NCBI GenBank assembly: GCA_027001995.1
Contig: JALTLO010000043.1
Coordinates: 1 to 62,895 of the forward strand
DNA length: 62,895 bases
Direction: 5' to 3'
Source: Planctomycetota bacterium
GTDB taxonomy: Bacteria > Planctomycetota > GCA-002687715 > DRQF01
This document shows, piece after piece, positions 9,957 through 19,704 of the stretch. A program made the translations under genes and the position numbers. Under the pieces are notes generated by a model. That model saw only the letters and a list, made by a program, of their open reading frames with translations. It searched no databases and was not told where the DNA came from. The stretch's first letter is position 1. Every line of letters starts with the position of its first letter.

Positions 9957-11189
9957 ATGATTCGATTGAACGTAATCTTGGATGGTAGGCGAAAGGCGAG
10001 AGTCTTTCCTGGGGAGAGCATTGTCATTGGACGCTCCCGTAGTTGTGATCTTACTTTCCGCACCGCTAATTTCCTGTCCCGGCAGCATTGCTGTCTGCGG
10101 ATACAGGATGGCCTGCTCAAATTGGAAGACTTGAAGAGTCGCAATGGGATGCGGGTCAACGGCAAACCATTTCTCGGTGGCGAGATTGAGGTGGGAGATG
10201 AAATCGAGCTCGACGACATCGTCATTGAGTTGGTGAGTTTTGGGCCCGACGACAGCCAGCCTGCGGAGATCAAGCCCTGTCGGCACTGTGGTGAGTTGAT
10301 CCCTTTTGATGCGAAAGATTGCCCCCGTTGTGAAGGGGTCGTTTCCCCTCGCAAAAAACAAACTCTCGATCCGCGACAACTTCCGGGCTATTTCCTGACT
10401 CGCCGTTTGGGTGCTGGGGGCATGGGTGTGGTTTTCGAAGCGGAACGGGACGAAGACCAGAAGACCTGCGCCATCAAGATTCTGAAACCTCACCTAGCAA
10501 GAAACCCGGCCTACGTTTTGCGCTTCGTCGAAGAGACCCGTGTGCTTACCATGCTTCGCCACCCTCATATTGTGGAGATCTATGGCCGTGGGTCAGAAGG
10601 AGGGTTGACTTGGATTGATATGGAACTGGTGGATGGCGAGAGCGTGCGCCATGAAATTCGGCGAGAAGGCCACATTGCTGAAAGAATAGCTTTGAAGATC
10701 GTTTGGGATATCACCTTGGCTCTGGATTTTGCCGCCAAAGCTCGCATCATTCATGGTGACGTCAAACCCAGCAACTTCCTCTTGGACCAGAGGGGAGGGG
10801 TGAAGCTCTGCGACTTTGGTTTGGCCAAGTTGTTTAACTTCACCAATCCTGCCTTACCTGGCTTCACCGCTGGGTCGTCGGGGAAAAAGGGCACAGCCGC
10901 ATACGCCGCCCCGGAACGTTTCTTGCCGGGTAGCTCTGCCACCATCATCGCCGACATCTACTCTATGGGCGTGTCCCTCTTTCACATGCTCACCGGCACC
11001 TTGCCTTTCGGGACGAACGCTGAAGCCCGTAAGAAGTTAGATCGCAATAGGATTCCGGATATCCAAGAGTTTCGCCCAGAGATTCGTAAAGCCACCGTCA
11101 TGCTGGTGGAGCGCATGATGGCAGCGGACCCGAAGGATAGGCAGCAGTCTTATGGGGAGCTCCAAGCGGATATGTCCCTCTTGATCTGA
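9957..11189 (+). CDS. FHA domain + Zn-ribbon + Ser/Thr protein kinase
   Basis: FHA motifs IGRS, SRQHC, SRNG; CRHC...CPRC; kinase motifs GAGGMG, AIK, HGDVKPSN, DFG, APE. No TM segment. Confidence 0.92.
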   Translation: MIRLNVILDGRRKARVFPGESIVIGRSRSCDLTFRTANFLSRQHCCLRIQDGLLKLEDLKSRNGMRVNGKPFLGGEIEVGDEIELDDIVIELVSFGPDDSQPAEIKPCRHCGELIPFDAKDCPRCEGVVSPRKKQTLDPRQLPGYFLTRRLGAGGMGVVFEAERDEDQKTCAIKILKPHLARNPAYVLRFVEETRVLTMLRHPHIVEIYGRGSEGGLTWIDMELVDGESVRHEIRREGHIAERIALKIVWDITLALDFAAKARIIHGDVKPSNFLLDQRGGVKLCDFGLAKLFNFTNPALPGFTAGSSGKKGTAAYAAPERFLPGSSATIIADIYSMGVSLFHMLTGTLPFGTNAEARKKLDRNRIPDIQEFRPEIRKATVMLVERMMAADPKDRQQSYGELQADMSLLI

Positions 11190-11252
11190 GCTTTCTTCCT
11201 TCTTCCTGACCAATTCCGCAGATTGCGGCGGCAGGTCGTGAACTACTCGGGT

Positions 11253-13244
11253 CTATTGCACAGAGACCTGGACGGCGTTGGACAGAGCCAACCCCCCTGG
11301 CATCTGGGTGGGGAAGACACATTGGAAGCTGCCCAAGATACCGGGGGCCATCGCTGGGACGGTAAAATAGAGATGGGTCAAACCGCTCGTGCCGGTGACG
11401 AAGAAGGGGTTGATGCCCCCGGGGAGAGAGCCATCACCTACAACTGTTAGGAGGCTTGGAATGCCGGTGGTTGGAACAATGGGTCCACCCAAATCAACAG
11501 TTCCGATGCCCGGATAGGAGGCGGCAATGGGATTGAGGGGCCCAGAGAACATGATGATGGGCTTGAGGGGTTCCCCTTCCAATTTGATTGTGAGTGTTTC
11601 GCCGGTAGTTGCGGTGACGAAATAGGGGCCACCTAGTTCTAAGCTCGTCACGTTTCCAGATGCATTTCTTGATTGACCGATATCGAGGACAGCCAAGCCC
11701 CCGCGAGGAGCTTGTCCTCGCGTTAAGAAGGCATCTTCGATGGAGATGTCGTCAATGGCGATGTCGTGAACAAGAAGCGTATTTTGAAAGTTTGTGGACG
11801 CTCTAAAAACAAGCTGAACCTTTTGTCCGGCAAAGGCGCTCAGATCGACACTTCGCAAAGCCCAGTCCGGTCCGATGTGTCCTTCTGGGCCGAATACATC
11901 CAAGGTCACAGCTCCTGAAGGGAAGCTGTGAACATCCATGGATAGTTCATTTCCCATCATCGGCAATGCCGCATTCTGGGAATGCATGAAAAATTGTAAT
12001 GTGGGCGTAGTCATCCCTGATAGGTCGAAGCAAGGCGTTCGCAAATTGACAGCGTCGAAGTCACTGAGTCCATTGATGAAGGCGTAGGCGCTGTTTGCCG
12101 AAGAAACCGGAGGAGAGTGGGAGCCTGAAGGGCCGGTGCCCATGTTCACCGTGGGAGTGAATATGACTTGCCAATCGGAGTTCAGACCCATGGAGTCATC
12201 TGTTTCGTTGACCCAGCCCACAGGCAGGTCGAAGCCATTGATAGGGAAGCCGAATGGCACATCAAAGGGCTGGCGGTAGGGATAGTTGTTGATCACGACT
12301 TGGCCGCCGTTGGGAATGGTGACGGTCAAGCTGTCATTGTTGAGGTCTTGGTCGCCGCCATAGATGGTCGACGCCACAATGGTGTGATTTCCTGGCCCTG
12401 AGAGATCAGCGGTGGTGGCGAATGTGTGGGAAAGGAGCCCCCAGGATGGCAGGTCTGACGAAAGAGCCACCAATTCCGAAACAACCGAACCGCCATTCGC
12501 TTGATAGGAGCTGAGGATTTGTGTCCCTGCGGGAATGAGGTTGAAACCACGATTTCTGATATCAATGGTCACGGGCTCTGCGCTGCTCAGGTCGACGCAG
12601 CCTAAGCCCTCCGTCGATGGCGCGGTCATCTTCTCAACGCTGATGTCGTCGTTGAAAGTCTGAAGTGTTGTGTAGTGGACTGAACCGTTCCAGGCTTCCG
12701 GGCCAGAGGTGAAGCTGAATGGATCTATACTCCCTCCGCGACCGGCGTGGATCTCTAAATGGGAGTTCCCCGCCACCACCGACCCAATAGCCGGAGCGTT
12801 TTGAAAGCGCTGGGTGGCCCCGAAGAAGAAAAAGACGCAGAAGGCCTGGGTTTCTCCCGGGAGGATAGTAACAGGGTCAATAAACGTCATCGGCTGACTT
12901 GGAGCTGTGAAGTGACCAAAGGTCGTGGTGATCACAGGGCTCCATTCGAATTGATCGTTTTCAAAGCCGGAAAAACTTCCCACAGTATTGCGTTTCCAGA
13001 CACTTCTCAGAATCTGCCCTTGTCCCAAAGGATTCGACCCCAAGGAGGTGCTGAAACCGGTGATGTTGACGCCGGTCAGAGATTTGATGTCAAAGACGGC
13101 GAAAGAATATTCGGGACCAGATGTGGACATGGGTGTTGATAGGGTCTGCCCATATACGGGGCTCTGGGCTGAGACCAAGAAACCAACAATGAGATAAACA
13201 AGGTGACGGCTGAAGGGAGGGAAACGGTTGAGAGTTGCGGGCAT
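11253..13244 (-). CDS. Secreted multidomain protein: Ig/CARDB-like + MAM/cleaved-adhesin-like + unnamed C-terminal module
   Basis: Signal peptide from ATG 13244 (VYG|QTL). Ig-like VTIDIRNRG...DQDLNNDSL; MAM-like DWQV...LRTPCFDLS...VDLSAFAGQKVQLVF...DIAIDDISI. Confidence 0.75.
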   Translation of the reverse strand: MPATLNRFPPFSRHLVYLIVGFLVSAQSPVYGQTLSTPMSTSGPEYSFAVFDIKSLTGVNITGFSTSLGSNPLGQGQILRSVWKRNTVGSFSGFENDQFEWSPVITTTFGHFTAPSQPMTFIDPVTILPGETQAFCVFFFFGATQRFQNAPAIGSVVAGNSHLEIHAGRGGSIDPFSFTSGPEAWNGSVHYTTLQTFNDDISVEKMTAPSTEGLGCVDLSSAEPVTIDIRNRGFNLIPAGTQILSSYQANGGSVVSELVALSSDLPSWGLLSHTFATTADLSGPGNHTIVASTIYGGDQDLNNDSLTVTIPNGGQVVINNYPYRQPFDVPFGFPINGFDLPVGWVNETDDSMGLNSDWQVIFTPTVNMGTGPSGSHSPPVSSANSAYAFINGLSDFDAVNLRTPCFDLSGMTTPTLQFFMHSQNAALPMMGNELSMDVHSFPSGAVTLDVFGPEGHIGPDWALRSVDLSAFAGQKVQLVFRASTNFQNTLLVHDIAIDDISIEDAFLTRGQAPRGGLAVLDIGQSRNASGNVTSLELGGPYFVTATTGETLTIKLEGEPLKPIIMFSGPLNPIAASYPGIGTVDLGGPIVPTTGIPSLLTVVGDGSLPGGINPFFVTGTSGLTHLYFTVPAMAPGILGSFQCVFPTQMPGGLALSNAVQVSVQ

Positions 13245-13501
13245 GGTTTTCTCGTTTCTTCCTAGAAGAAGGGCATAAGGGGAGCGTAGCATGGGGCTAG
13301 TGATTTCAGCTAGGCAAAATGAGAATCATGAGTTCGAGGGAGAAAATAGCTCTATTCAAGGACGGAACTGCGGTAGTGTAGTTCTCAACCTGGAAGAATG
13401 ACGTTTGCCTCATGTTGAGATTTTGCTGTCCCGTGTTGCCTCGGGCCGCAGAAATTTGGCATCGCCAAGAACAGATTCGGATTGACTCAGAGGGGAAAAC
13501 C

Positions 13502-16393
13502 ATGCTTAAGCTGATGTGCCAGCTCTTGACTATTTCGATTTGCGCCATTGCTTTGTCGTTGCACTGCCAAGGGCAGTTTGTGGTCGGCCAGACTTTTCTG
13601 GGCGACTCTTCTGGGGACACCCTGGGGCAAACTGTTGGTAATGCCGGCGATGTCAATGGTGATGGTTTTGATGACATCGTTGTGGGAGCTTCTGGGGTGT
13701 CATTTATGGGAAACACCGACGCCGGCATGGGGCGTGTTTATTCTGGATCTGATGGCAGCATTCTCTTTACGGTTTTTGGCAATGCCATGAATGTCGGATT
13801 GGGTTTGGCCGCAAGCGGCGCTGGAGACGTGAATGGAGATGGTTTCGATGACGTGGTTTTTGGTGCTCCAGGGGGCGGGCTCGGCGGTATTCTTGCTGGA
13901 TATTGCATAGTGGTCTCTGGTGCCGATGGCTCAACCCTCTTTACTTTTCAAGGTGCGCCGGGGGATCGACTTGGCGCGAGCGTGAGTGGTGCGGGAGATG
14001 TCAACAATGATGGGTTCGCCGACATTCTTGTGGGCTCGCCAACGGCTCAAACCTCGGGGGTTCAGTTTGGCAATGCGAAGGTTTTCTCTGGCCAAGACGG
14101 GAGTTTGCTCTATCTCATCGGAAGCACAACCGTTCCATACGGCGATGCCGTCAGCGATGTCGGCGATGTGAATGGCGACGGGTATGATGACTTTGTTCTT
14201 GGGTCGCCTGGGGACCCCACATCGACACCGGGTTTTGCCGGGAGTGCGCGGATCTTTTCTGGGATAGACGGAAGTATTTTGCAGCAATTTTCTGGGGACT
14301 CTGTCGGGGATAACTTTGGCGCTGCCGTTCGAGGGGCTGGGGACGTGGATGGGGACGGAACCGCCGATGTCATCGTGGGTGCACCCTTGGACGGTCTGAG
14401 CGGGCCCCAATCAGGGAGTATTTCGATTTTCTCTGGTATTGATGGGCATCGCGTTTATCTTCTCGCCGGTGACAATCCTGGTGACAACTTTGGCCTTACC
14501 GTGAGTGGTGCGGGCGACATCAATGGTGATGGATTTGATGATGTTCTTGCCGGGGCTCCCTTTGCTTCTAACAACGGCGATAGCTCGTCTGGTCGCGTTC
14601 GTGTTTTTTCTGGTTTCGACGGCAAAGTTTTGGGCACCCTCAATGGTGATTCTCCTGGTGATCAGTTTGGGCGCTGGGTCAGTGGCGGTGGTGATGTGAA
14701 TGGCGATGGGCTTGATGACATCATTATTGGCGCGCCCCTCGACAGTGTCAGTTTTCCTTTTGCTGGGAGCGCTCATGTCTACCTTGGCTTTACGAGTTCT
14801 ATCATGGCCACGACTTCCTTTGGCTTCGCTGCCTCCGACCGCTATGGTACCTCTGTGAAGGGAGCTGGGGACGTTAATGGAGATGGTTTCGCGGATATCA
14901 TCGTCGGCGCCCCTTTTGACGATACTGCCTTTCCCCAAGCGGGGGCCGCCCGAGTTATTTCAGGGTTTGATCAGAGTGTGATCTACACCTTCTTCGGCAG
15001 TGCTGCTGAGGATCTTTTCGGTGTTTCTGTGAGTGGGGTGGGTGACATCAATGGCGATGGATTCGCGGATCTCCTCGTGGGCGCCATTGGTAATGATGCC
15101 AACGGGTCCAATGCCGGGAGTGCCCGGGTCTTTTCCGGCGTTGATGGCAGTGTTCTTTTTGTTCTCTTGGGTGATTCTGCTGAGGATCGATTCGGCGTCT
15201 CTGTGAGCGGCGCTGGAGATGTTAATCAGGATGGCTCGCCGGACTTTATCGTTGGGGCGTTTAGAGATGACAACAATGGGCTAAATTCTGGTATGGCTCG
15301 GGTTTTCTCCGGGGCCACCGGTGGTGTCCTCTATACTTTTGATGGGGATTCTGCTCTTGATCTGTTCGGCAACTCCGTGAGTGATGCTGGCGATGTCAAC
15401 GGCGATGGCTTTGATGATGTGATCGTGGGGGCGGTTCGAGATGATAACAACGGGCCTGAGTCTGGAAGCGCTCGAGTGTTCTCGGGCTTCGATGGCACCA
15501 TTCTCTATACCCTGAACGGCGACTCCACCGGGGATTCTTTTGGCTCTTCTGTGAGTGGTGCCGGTGATGTGGATGGGGATGGTTTCGCTGACCTGATTGT
15601 TGGGGCCTTTGCTGATGACATCAACGGAGTGGCCTCTGGGAGTGCTCGGGTCTTCTCGGGAGTCGATGGCAGCGTGTTGGCTACTCGCAGCGGTGACTCG
15701 CCCAACGACGGATTCGGAAATTCGGTCAGTGGGCCGGGGGATGTGAATGGCGATGGATTTGATGACCTCTTGGTTGGGGCGGCGGGAGTTGGCGCAAATG
15801 GCGCAAACGCCGGTCGCGTTTTCCTCTATTCTGGTATGGATGGATCGACCCTGAGAGTATTTGACGGCTGCAATGCACTTGATTCTTTCGGTTTCTCTGT
15901 CAGTGGCGCTGGGGATGTCAACGGTGATGGTTTCGTTGATCTTGTTGTTGGCGCTCCTGGGGCTAGTCCAAACGGGGCCAACTCAGGGACTGCCACCATT
16001 ATTCTTTCAGAAGTGTTCCCTACTTTGTCGTATTCTTCTGACTTGGGGCAAACGCGGTTGACTCTTCGATGGACTCCAGGGGGTGGAGATCCATTCGCCA
16101 CCTCTGGCACGATGATCTGTACTGGAGCCACTCCCGGAGCCATGGGGCTCATTGGCATTAGCTTTGCCCCGGCAAATTTCTTGCTCTTAGGATTCCCGTT
16201 GCTTTTGGCCAATGACCCGGTCAACCTCATCAGTTTGGGGGGATTCGGTTTTGATATTCTTGGTCAGCTCATCGTGCAAAACGTGTCTCGGCAAAGCCCT
16301 GGACTGGGGGGTGTTCACGTCTTCATTCAGATGTATGAAAGCAGTCCTTTGCCTTCGGCGTCCAATGGTATCCGTATGCTCTTGACTCCTTGA
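13502..16393 (+). CDS. Secreted FG-GAP (integrin-alpha-like) repeat protein with two predicted 7-bladed propellers and a C-terminal module
   Basis: GAGGGG RBS before ATG 13502, signal peptide, 14 counted G-D-[VI]-[ND]-x-D-G...D-x-x-x-G repeats with a linker after repeat 7. Confidence 0.92.
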   Translation: MLKLMCQLLTISICAIALSLHCQGQFVVGQTFLGDSSGDTLGQTVGNAGDVNGDGFDDIVVGASGVSFMGNTDAGMGRVYSGSDGSILFTVFGNAMNVGLGLAASGAGDVNGDGFDDVVFGAPGGGLGGILAGYCIVVSGADGSTLFTFQGAPGDRLGASVSGAGDVNNDGFADILVGSPTAQTSGVQFGNAKVFSGQDGSLLYLIGSTTVPYGDAVSDVGDVNGDGYDDFVLGSPGDPTSTPGFAGSARIFSGIDGSILQQFSGDSVGDNFGAAVRGAGDVDGDGTADVIVGAPLDGLSGPQSGSISIFSGIDGHRVYLLAGDNPGDNFGLTVSGAGDINGDGFDDVLAGAPFASNNGDSSSGRVRVFSGFDGKVLGTLNGDSPGDQFGRWVSGGGDVNGDGLDDIIIGAPLDSVSFPFAGSAHVYLGFTSSIMATTSFGFAASDRYGTSVKGAGDVNGDGFADIIVGAPFDDTAFPQAGAARVISGFDQSVIYTFFGSAAEDLFGVSVSGVGDINGDGFADLLVGAIGNDANGSNAGSARVFSGVDGSVLFVLLGDSAEDRFGVSVSGAGDVNQDGSPDFIVGAFRDDNNGLNSGMARVFSGATGGVLYTFDGDSALDLFGNSVSDAGDVNGDGFDDVIVGAVRDDNNGPESGSARVFSGFDGTILYTLNGDSTGDSFGSSVSGAGDVDGDGFADLIVGAFADDINGVASGSARVFSGVDGSVLATRSGDSPNDGFGNSVSGPGDVNGDGFDDLLVGAAGVGANGANAGRVFLYSGMDGSTLRVFDGCNALDSFGFSVSGAGDVNGDGFVDLVVGAPGASPNGANSGTATIILSEVFPTLSYSSDLGQTRLTLRWTPGGGDPFATSGTMICTGATPGAMGLIGISFAPANFLLLGFPLLLANDPVNLISLGGFGFDILGQLIVQNVSRQSPGLGGVHVFIQMYESSPLPSASNGIRMLLTP
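13646..15955 (+). repeat. Intragenic array of 14 degenerate FG-GAP coding repeats (~165-175 bp period)
   Basis: Recurrent GG(C/T/A/G)GA(T/C)GT(C/G)AATGG(C/T)GATGG-like words encoding GDVNGDG; synonymous sites have diverged. Confidence 0.85.
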
Positions 16394-16430
16394 TTTTCGC
16401 CGCCGATCGATTGGGGGGGGCTTACGCAAT

Positions 16431-16470
16431 AAAAAAATGACCCGCAGGTCTCATCAGACTTGCGGGCCAT
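16431..16470 (-). terminator. Intrinsic terminator of the 16521..17540 gene
   Basis: Minus strand ATGGCCCGCAAGTCT-GATG-AGACCTGCGGGTCAT followed by a T run, 50 nt after the stop. Confidence 0.85.
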
Positions 16471-16520
16471 CTCGCGTTGGTGGGATCGCATGTGGGAAGG
16501 CGATCCACCATTTAGATCAA

Positions 16521-17540
16521 TCAGTGGAAGTAGATGGACTCACCATTGAATGTGTTGGCGTAGAGGGAATAGGAGTTCGAAAGATCGAACGCTCCCCCAG
16601 TGAAGTCTTCGTAGACACTTTCGGTCAACCCATGATTGCTCCAGCCAATGCTTGATAGGTTGATGCCCATGGGTGCAGCGGACATTCCCGGCGTCATACC
16701 CACGATACCTTCCGAAACCGTACATGCGCCGTAGTCAGTGATGATATGGCCGTTCAGGTCAAGGCTGATGGAAAACGTGTTCGGGCCACCTTGGAGGTTG
16801 TCGTTGACGTTTGTCCAGTGGAAGGTGATGGTCTGCCCGGGAGTGCTGGTTGCATCCCATTCGACGGCACCACCAAGCTGTGGATTTAAGTCAGTCCAGA
16901 GGCCAGCAATAGTCGGAGCCCCACTGAGGAAGAACGATTCCGTGATTGTGAACGAAGTGTTCGCTTGCCCGAAGGTCAAGGTTCCGTTCGAGTTGACATA
17001 AGCCTCGGTGTAGGTTTGTCCATAGAAGGGGAAACTGAAACCAAGAGGAACAAGAGCTGAGCTGTCGTCTGCGAGATTCAAGTTTGTCCTGGAACCTGCG
17101 GATGTGGGTACTTGAGGATGAATTGTACCTCGAGTTTGATTCGAAACTGAGATTCCGAACGGAGCGATGGGATCCACAGCAAGCGCTTGGCAGAAGAACG
17201 TTCCACCAATGGCACCAGGCTCGTTACTGATCAAGTTGAGGGAGCCATCGCCATTGCTGTCGGCGAAAGTTGAAGGGAAGGCTAAAAAATTGACACTAAA
17301 GCCAAGATCAACTTGCAAGTTGTTAGCCGACGGGAAGAACGTGGGGCCCGGATCGCGATCAACCAAGATGATGTACTCAGAGTTTGGTGTGGCACCAGTG
17401 ACTGACATGGTAAAGGTTTCGCCGATTCGGGCTTGGGTCGAGCTCAGAACGAATTGAGCGTGCGCAGATACGCTCAAGATTCCGAGCAACATAATGATTG
17501 CGGACATGCCGCGGAAATTTTTGAAGAACATTAAGTTCAT
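16521..17540 (-). CDS. Secreted protein: unnamed N-terminal module + nidogen(NIDO)-like domain
   Basis: Signal peptide (AHA|QF). LADDSS...LGFSFPFYGQTY...YVNSNGTLTFG...IAGLWTDLNP...NTFSISL is the NIDO-like pattern. Confidence 0.75.
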   Translation of the reverse strand: MNLMFFKNFRGMSAIIMLLGILSVSAHAQFVLSSTQARIGETFTMSVTGATPNSEYIILVDRDPGPTFFPSANNLQVDLGFSVNFLAFPSTFADSNGDGSLNLISNEPGAIGGTFFCQALAVDPIAPFGISVSNQTRGTIHPQVPTSAGSRTNLNLADDSSALVPLGFSFPFYGQTYTEAYVNSNGTLTFGQANTSFTITESFFLSGAPTIAGLWTDLNPQLGGAVEWDATSTPGQTITFHWTNVNDNLQGGPNTFSISLDLNGHIITDYGACTVSEGIVGMTPGMSAAPMGINLSSIGWSNHGLTESVYEDFTGGAFDLSNSYSLYANTFNGESIYFH

Positions 17541-17981
17541 CCTCTCTCTATAAGAGCCGCTTTATTTACAACTCTACACCTAGACTTCATGTGCCCTCGA
17601 GCACAGTGGTCTCCACCTCATGACGACAGATAGAATCCGACATAGTCAGAAATCTTCGCCCGTGTTTTTAGTATTCATGCTTGGCAAAGCACGCGCCCCT
17701 TTATGGGCGTCAGTTCCACACATCGACAAGGAATCAGCAAAAATGGAGATCAATGCCTAAATGGTTCTTTATTCAGATCATTGCTGGGGAAAACTCATGG
17801 CCACAAATCACCTCAACCACTTGTCATTCCCGAATTTGTTGGGCTTCGGCTTCGACGAAGCGCCGTGGTCAATTTTCTTTTTTGTAGGAAGGAGCGGATA
17901 TGGACGATGAGGACTACCCCGCCAGTTTCATGAGAACATGGGCCATTGTTGGTCGGGGTTTCGAATTTTGAGGCGCCATTC

Positions 17982-18845
17982 ATGCCGCAGATACGTGCTT
18001 ATCGAGCCCCCCAGGATAAATTGTCCGATGTCGTCAATTGTGAAGACGTTGACCGATCCAAGTCCGGTGCTATGATCCGGGGCCCTAAGGATGATCACCT
18101 TCGACTATCTCAAAACTCGGAAGAAACAGGCCTAAGTTCTTTGCCCGACGCTAAGAAGCAAAACACAGTACAGGACGCCATTGATACTGAGCCAGAAGGC
18201 AAGGGGTCTTTGGCCGCTGTCATTTTGCCATTGGCGCTGAGCATTCTCATTCTCACGCTCTGTTTCTTCTTTGTTGGCGACGAGGCAGCGATTGAACTTT
18301 TTGGCTTGTCAATTCTCACCGCCACGGTCTTGGGTAAGTTCGCTGTCCTCCGTGGTTTGAATGAATCTGGTTTGTTCGACTCCCCCTATCGCGTGGCTCT
18401 TCTCATCATTTATCTCGACTTGATGATCGGCACCATTGCCGTCTTCAATATTCGTGTCCTCTACCTCTTGCCGAAATTTGGCAACAAAATTAAGGGCCTC
18501 CAGAGCACCGGGGTTGAGATTCTCGAGCGCAATCCGTGGATGCGCAAAGCAACTTTTGCCGGGGTTGTGGCATTTGTCATGTTTCCCCTTTCTGGAACTG
18601 GGGCCATTGGCGGTTCCCTATTTGGGCGGCTCTTGGGCATGTCCCGTGTTGTCACCTTGCTGGGGATTGGTTTGGGAAGTGTCCTGGGCTCCTTTGGCAT
18701 GGCAGCTTTGGCTGCGGCTTTCGGGACCCAACTTGCTTGGCTCCAATCCAGTGGGATTCTGGGTTATGGCGGCATTGTCTTTGTTGGCTTGGCAATCTAT
18801 TGGCTCTATCGAAGAAGCAAACGGCAGAATGCCAGCGGGTCATAG
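17982..18845 (+). CDS. Small multidrug export family membrane protein
   Basis: Several TM segments and the family-like motif FVMFPLSGTGAIGGSLFGRLLGM. Start uncertain (17946, 17982 or 18072). Confidence 0.65.
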   Translation: MPQIRAYRAPQDKLSDVVNCEDVDRSKSGAMIRGPKDDHLRLSQNSEETGLSSLPDAKKQNTVQDAIDTEPEGKGSLAAVILPLALSILILTLCFFFVGDEAAIELFGLSILTATVLGKFAVLRGLNESGLFDSPYRVALLIIYLDLMIGTIAVFNIRVLYLLPKFGNKIKGLQSTGVEILERNPWMRKATFAGVVAFVMFPLSGTGAIGGSLFGRLLGMSRVVTLLGIGLGSVLGSFGMAALAAAFGTQLAWLQSSGILGYGGIVFVGLAIYWLYRRSKRQNASGS

Positions 18846-18948
18846 TCCCCATTTGGGTAAGTATGGACTTATGCCCAGTTGTTTCTGAGCCGATATCTCT
18901 CATGGTAAACGCGACTGCGCCCGCCAAACCTTTGAGAGAGTCCAATTT

Positions 18949-19626
18949 ATGTCTTCTTCTTGCAAACCAAATCAACATGGTTTTACTCTGATTGAATTGA
19001 TGATCGTTGTGTCAATCATCTCCGTGATTGCGGCGATTGCTATTCCAAACCTGATTTCTGCGAAGAAGGCGAGCAATGAAGGCTCTGCGATCGCGACTTT
19101 GAGGAACTTGGCTTCCGTGCAAGTGCAATGCATCAATCGAAGTTTCATCGACGCTGATGGAGATGGTCAAGGGGAGTATGGCTTCTTCGGTGAGCTTTCT
19201 GGTATTACCCCGGCGCGCAACAACCCCGGAGCGCCTTTGGTGCCGCCCCTTCTGAGTGGCTCTTTTCAAGGACCCGCTCAAGGCTTGGTAACTCGGTCTG
19301 GGTTTATCTTTTGTATTTATCTGCCAGACAACACGGGTGTTGGTCTGCCAGAAACCGCAGCGAACTATGCCAGTATTGACTCTGATACAGCAGAGCAGGT
19401 TTGGTGTGCCTATGCTTGGCCTGCGGATGCTAATGGAAACGGCAGCGCATTCTTCATCAATCAGTCTGGCGAAATCATGCGTACTCAAAACACTGTGCAG
19501 CGCTATGGTGGTCCTTTGACCCAGCCAAACTTTGATGCGGCTTTTCTCGTTCCAGGGGCCATGACGGGTCAAGTTGCCGCAGGCGTCGCTGCGGTTGACG
19601 GCGGCATTTGGAACGTTCTGCGCTAG
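18949..19626 (+). CDS. Type IV pilin-like protein (prepilin cleavage/methylation motif)
   Basis: G|FTLIELMIVVSIISVIAAIAIPNL with Glu at +5; NEGSAIATLR; C-terminal AYAWP...FFINQSG. Confidence 0.9.
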   Translation: MSSSCKPNQHGFTLIELMIVVSIISVIAAIAIPNLISAKKASNEGSAIATLRNLASVQVQCINRSFIDADGDGQGEYGFFGELSGITPARNNPGAPLVPPLLSGSFQGPAQGLVTRSGFIFCIYLPDNTGVGLPETAANYASIDSDTAEQVWCAYAWPADANGNGSAFFINQSGEIMRTQNTVQRYGGPLTQPNFDAAFLVPGAMTGQVAAGVAAVDGGIWNVLR

Positions 19627-19704
19627 TCTGATTGTTCGCGACCTCACGGTCTCGATTTCATGAATAAGTCGCTTTCTCGAATCAAACGCAGATTGGGTGC
19701 GTCC

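Noticed and set aside
13646..15955. Periodic nucleotide repeats as a CRISPR array or DGR template
   Set aside because: They are degenerate in-frame FG-GAP coding repeats, and there is no cas or reverse transcriptase gene in the window.
16413..16420. G8 homopolymer as a phase-variation tract
   Set aside because: It lies between two convergent stop codons, outside any CDS or promoter.
17541..17945. ~400-bp intergenic region as a possible ncRNA or small ORF locus
   Set aside because: No recognisable RNA motif or convincing ORF; consistent with a divergent promoter region.
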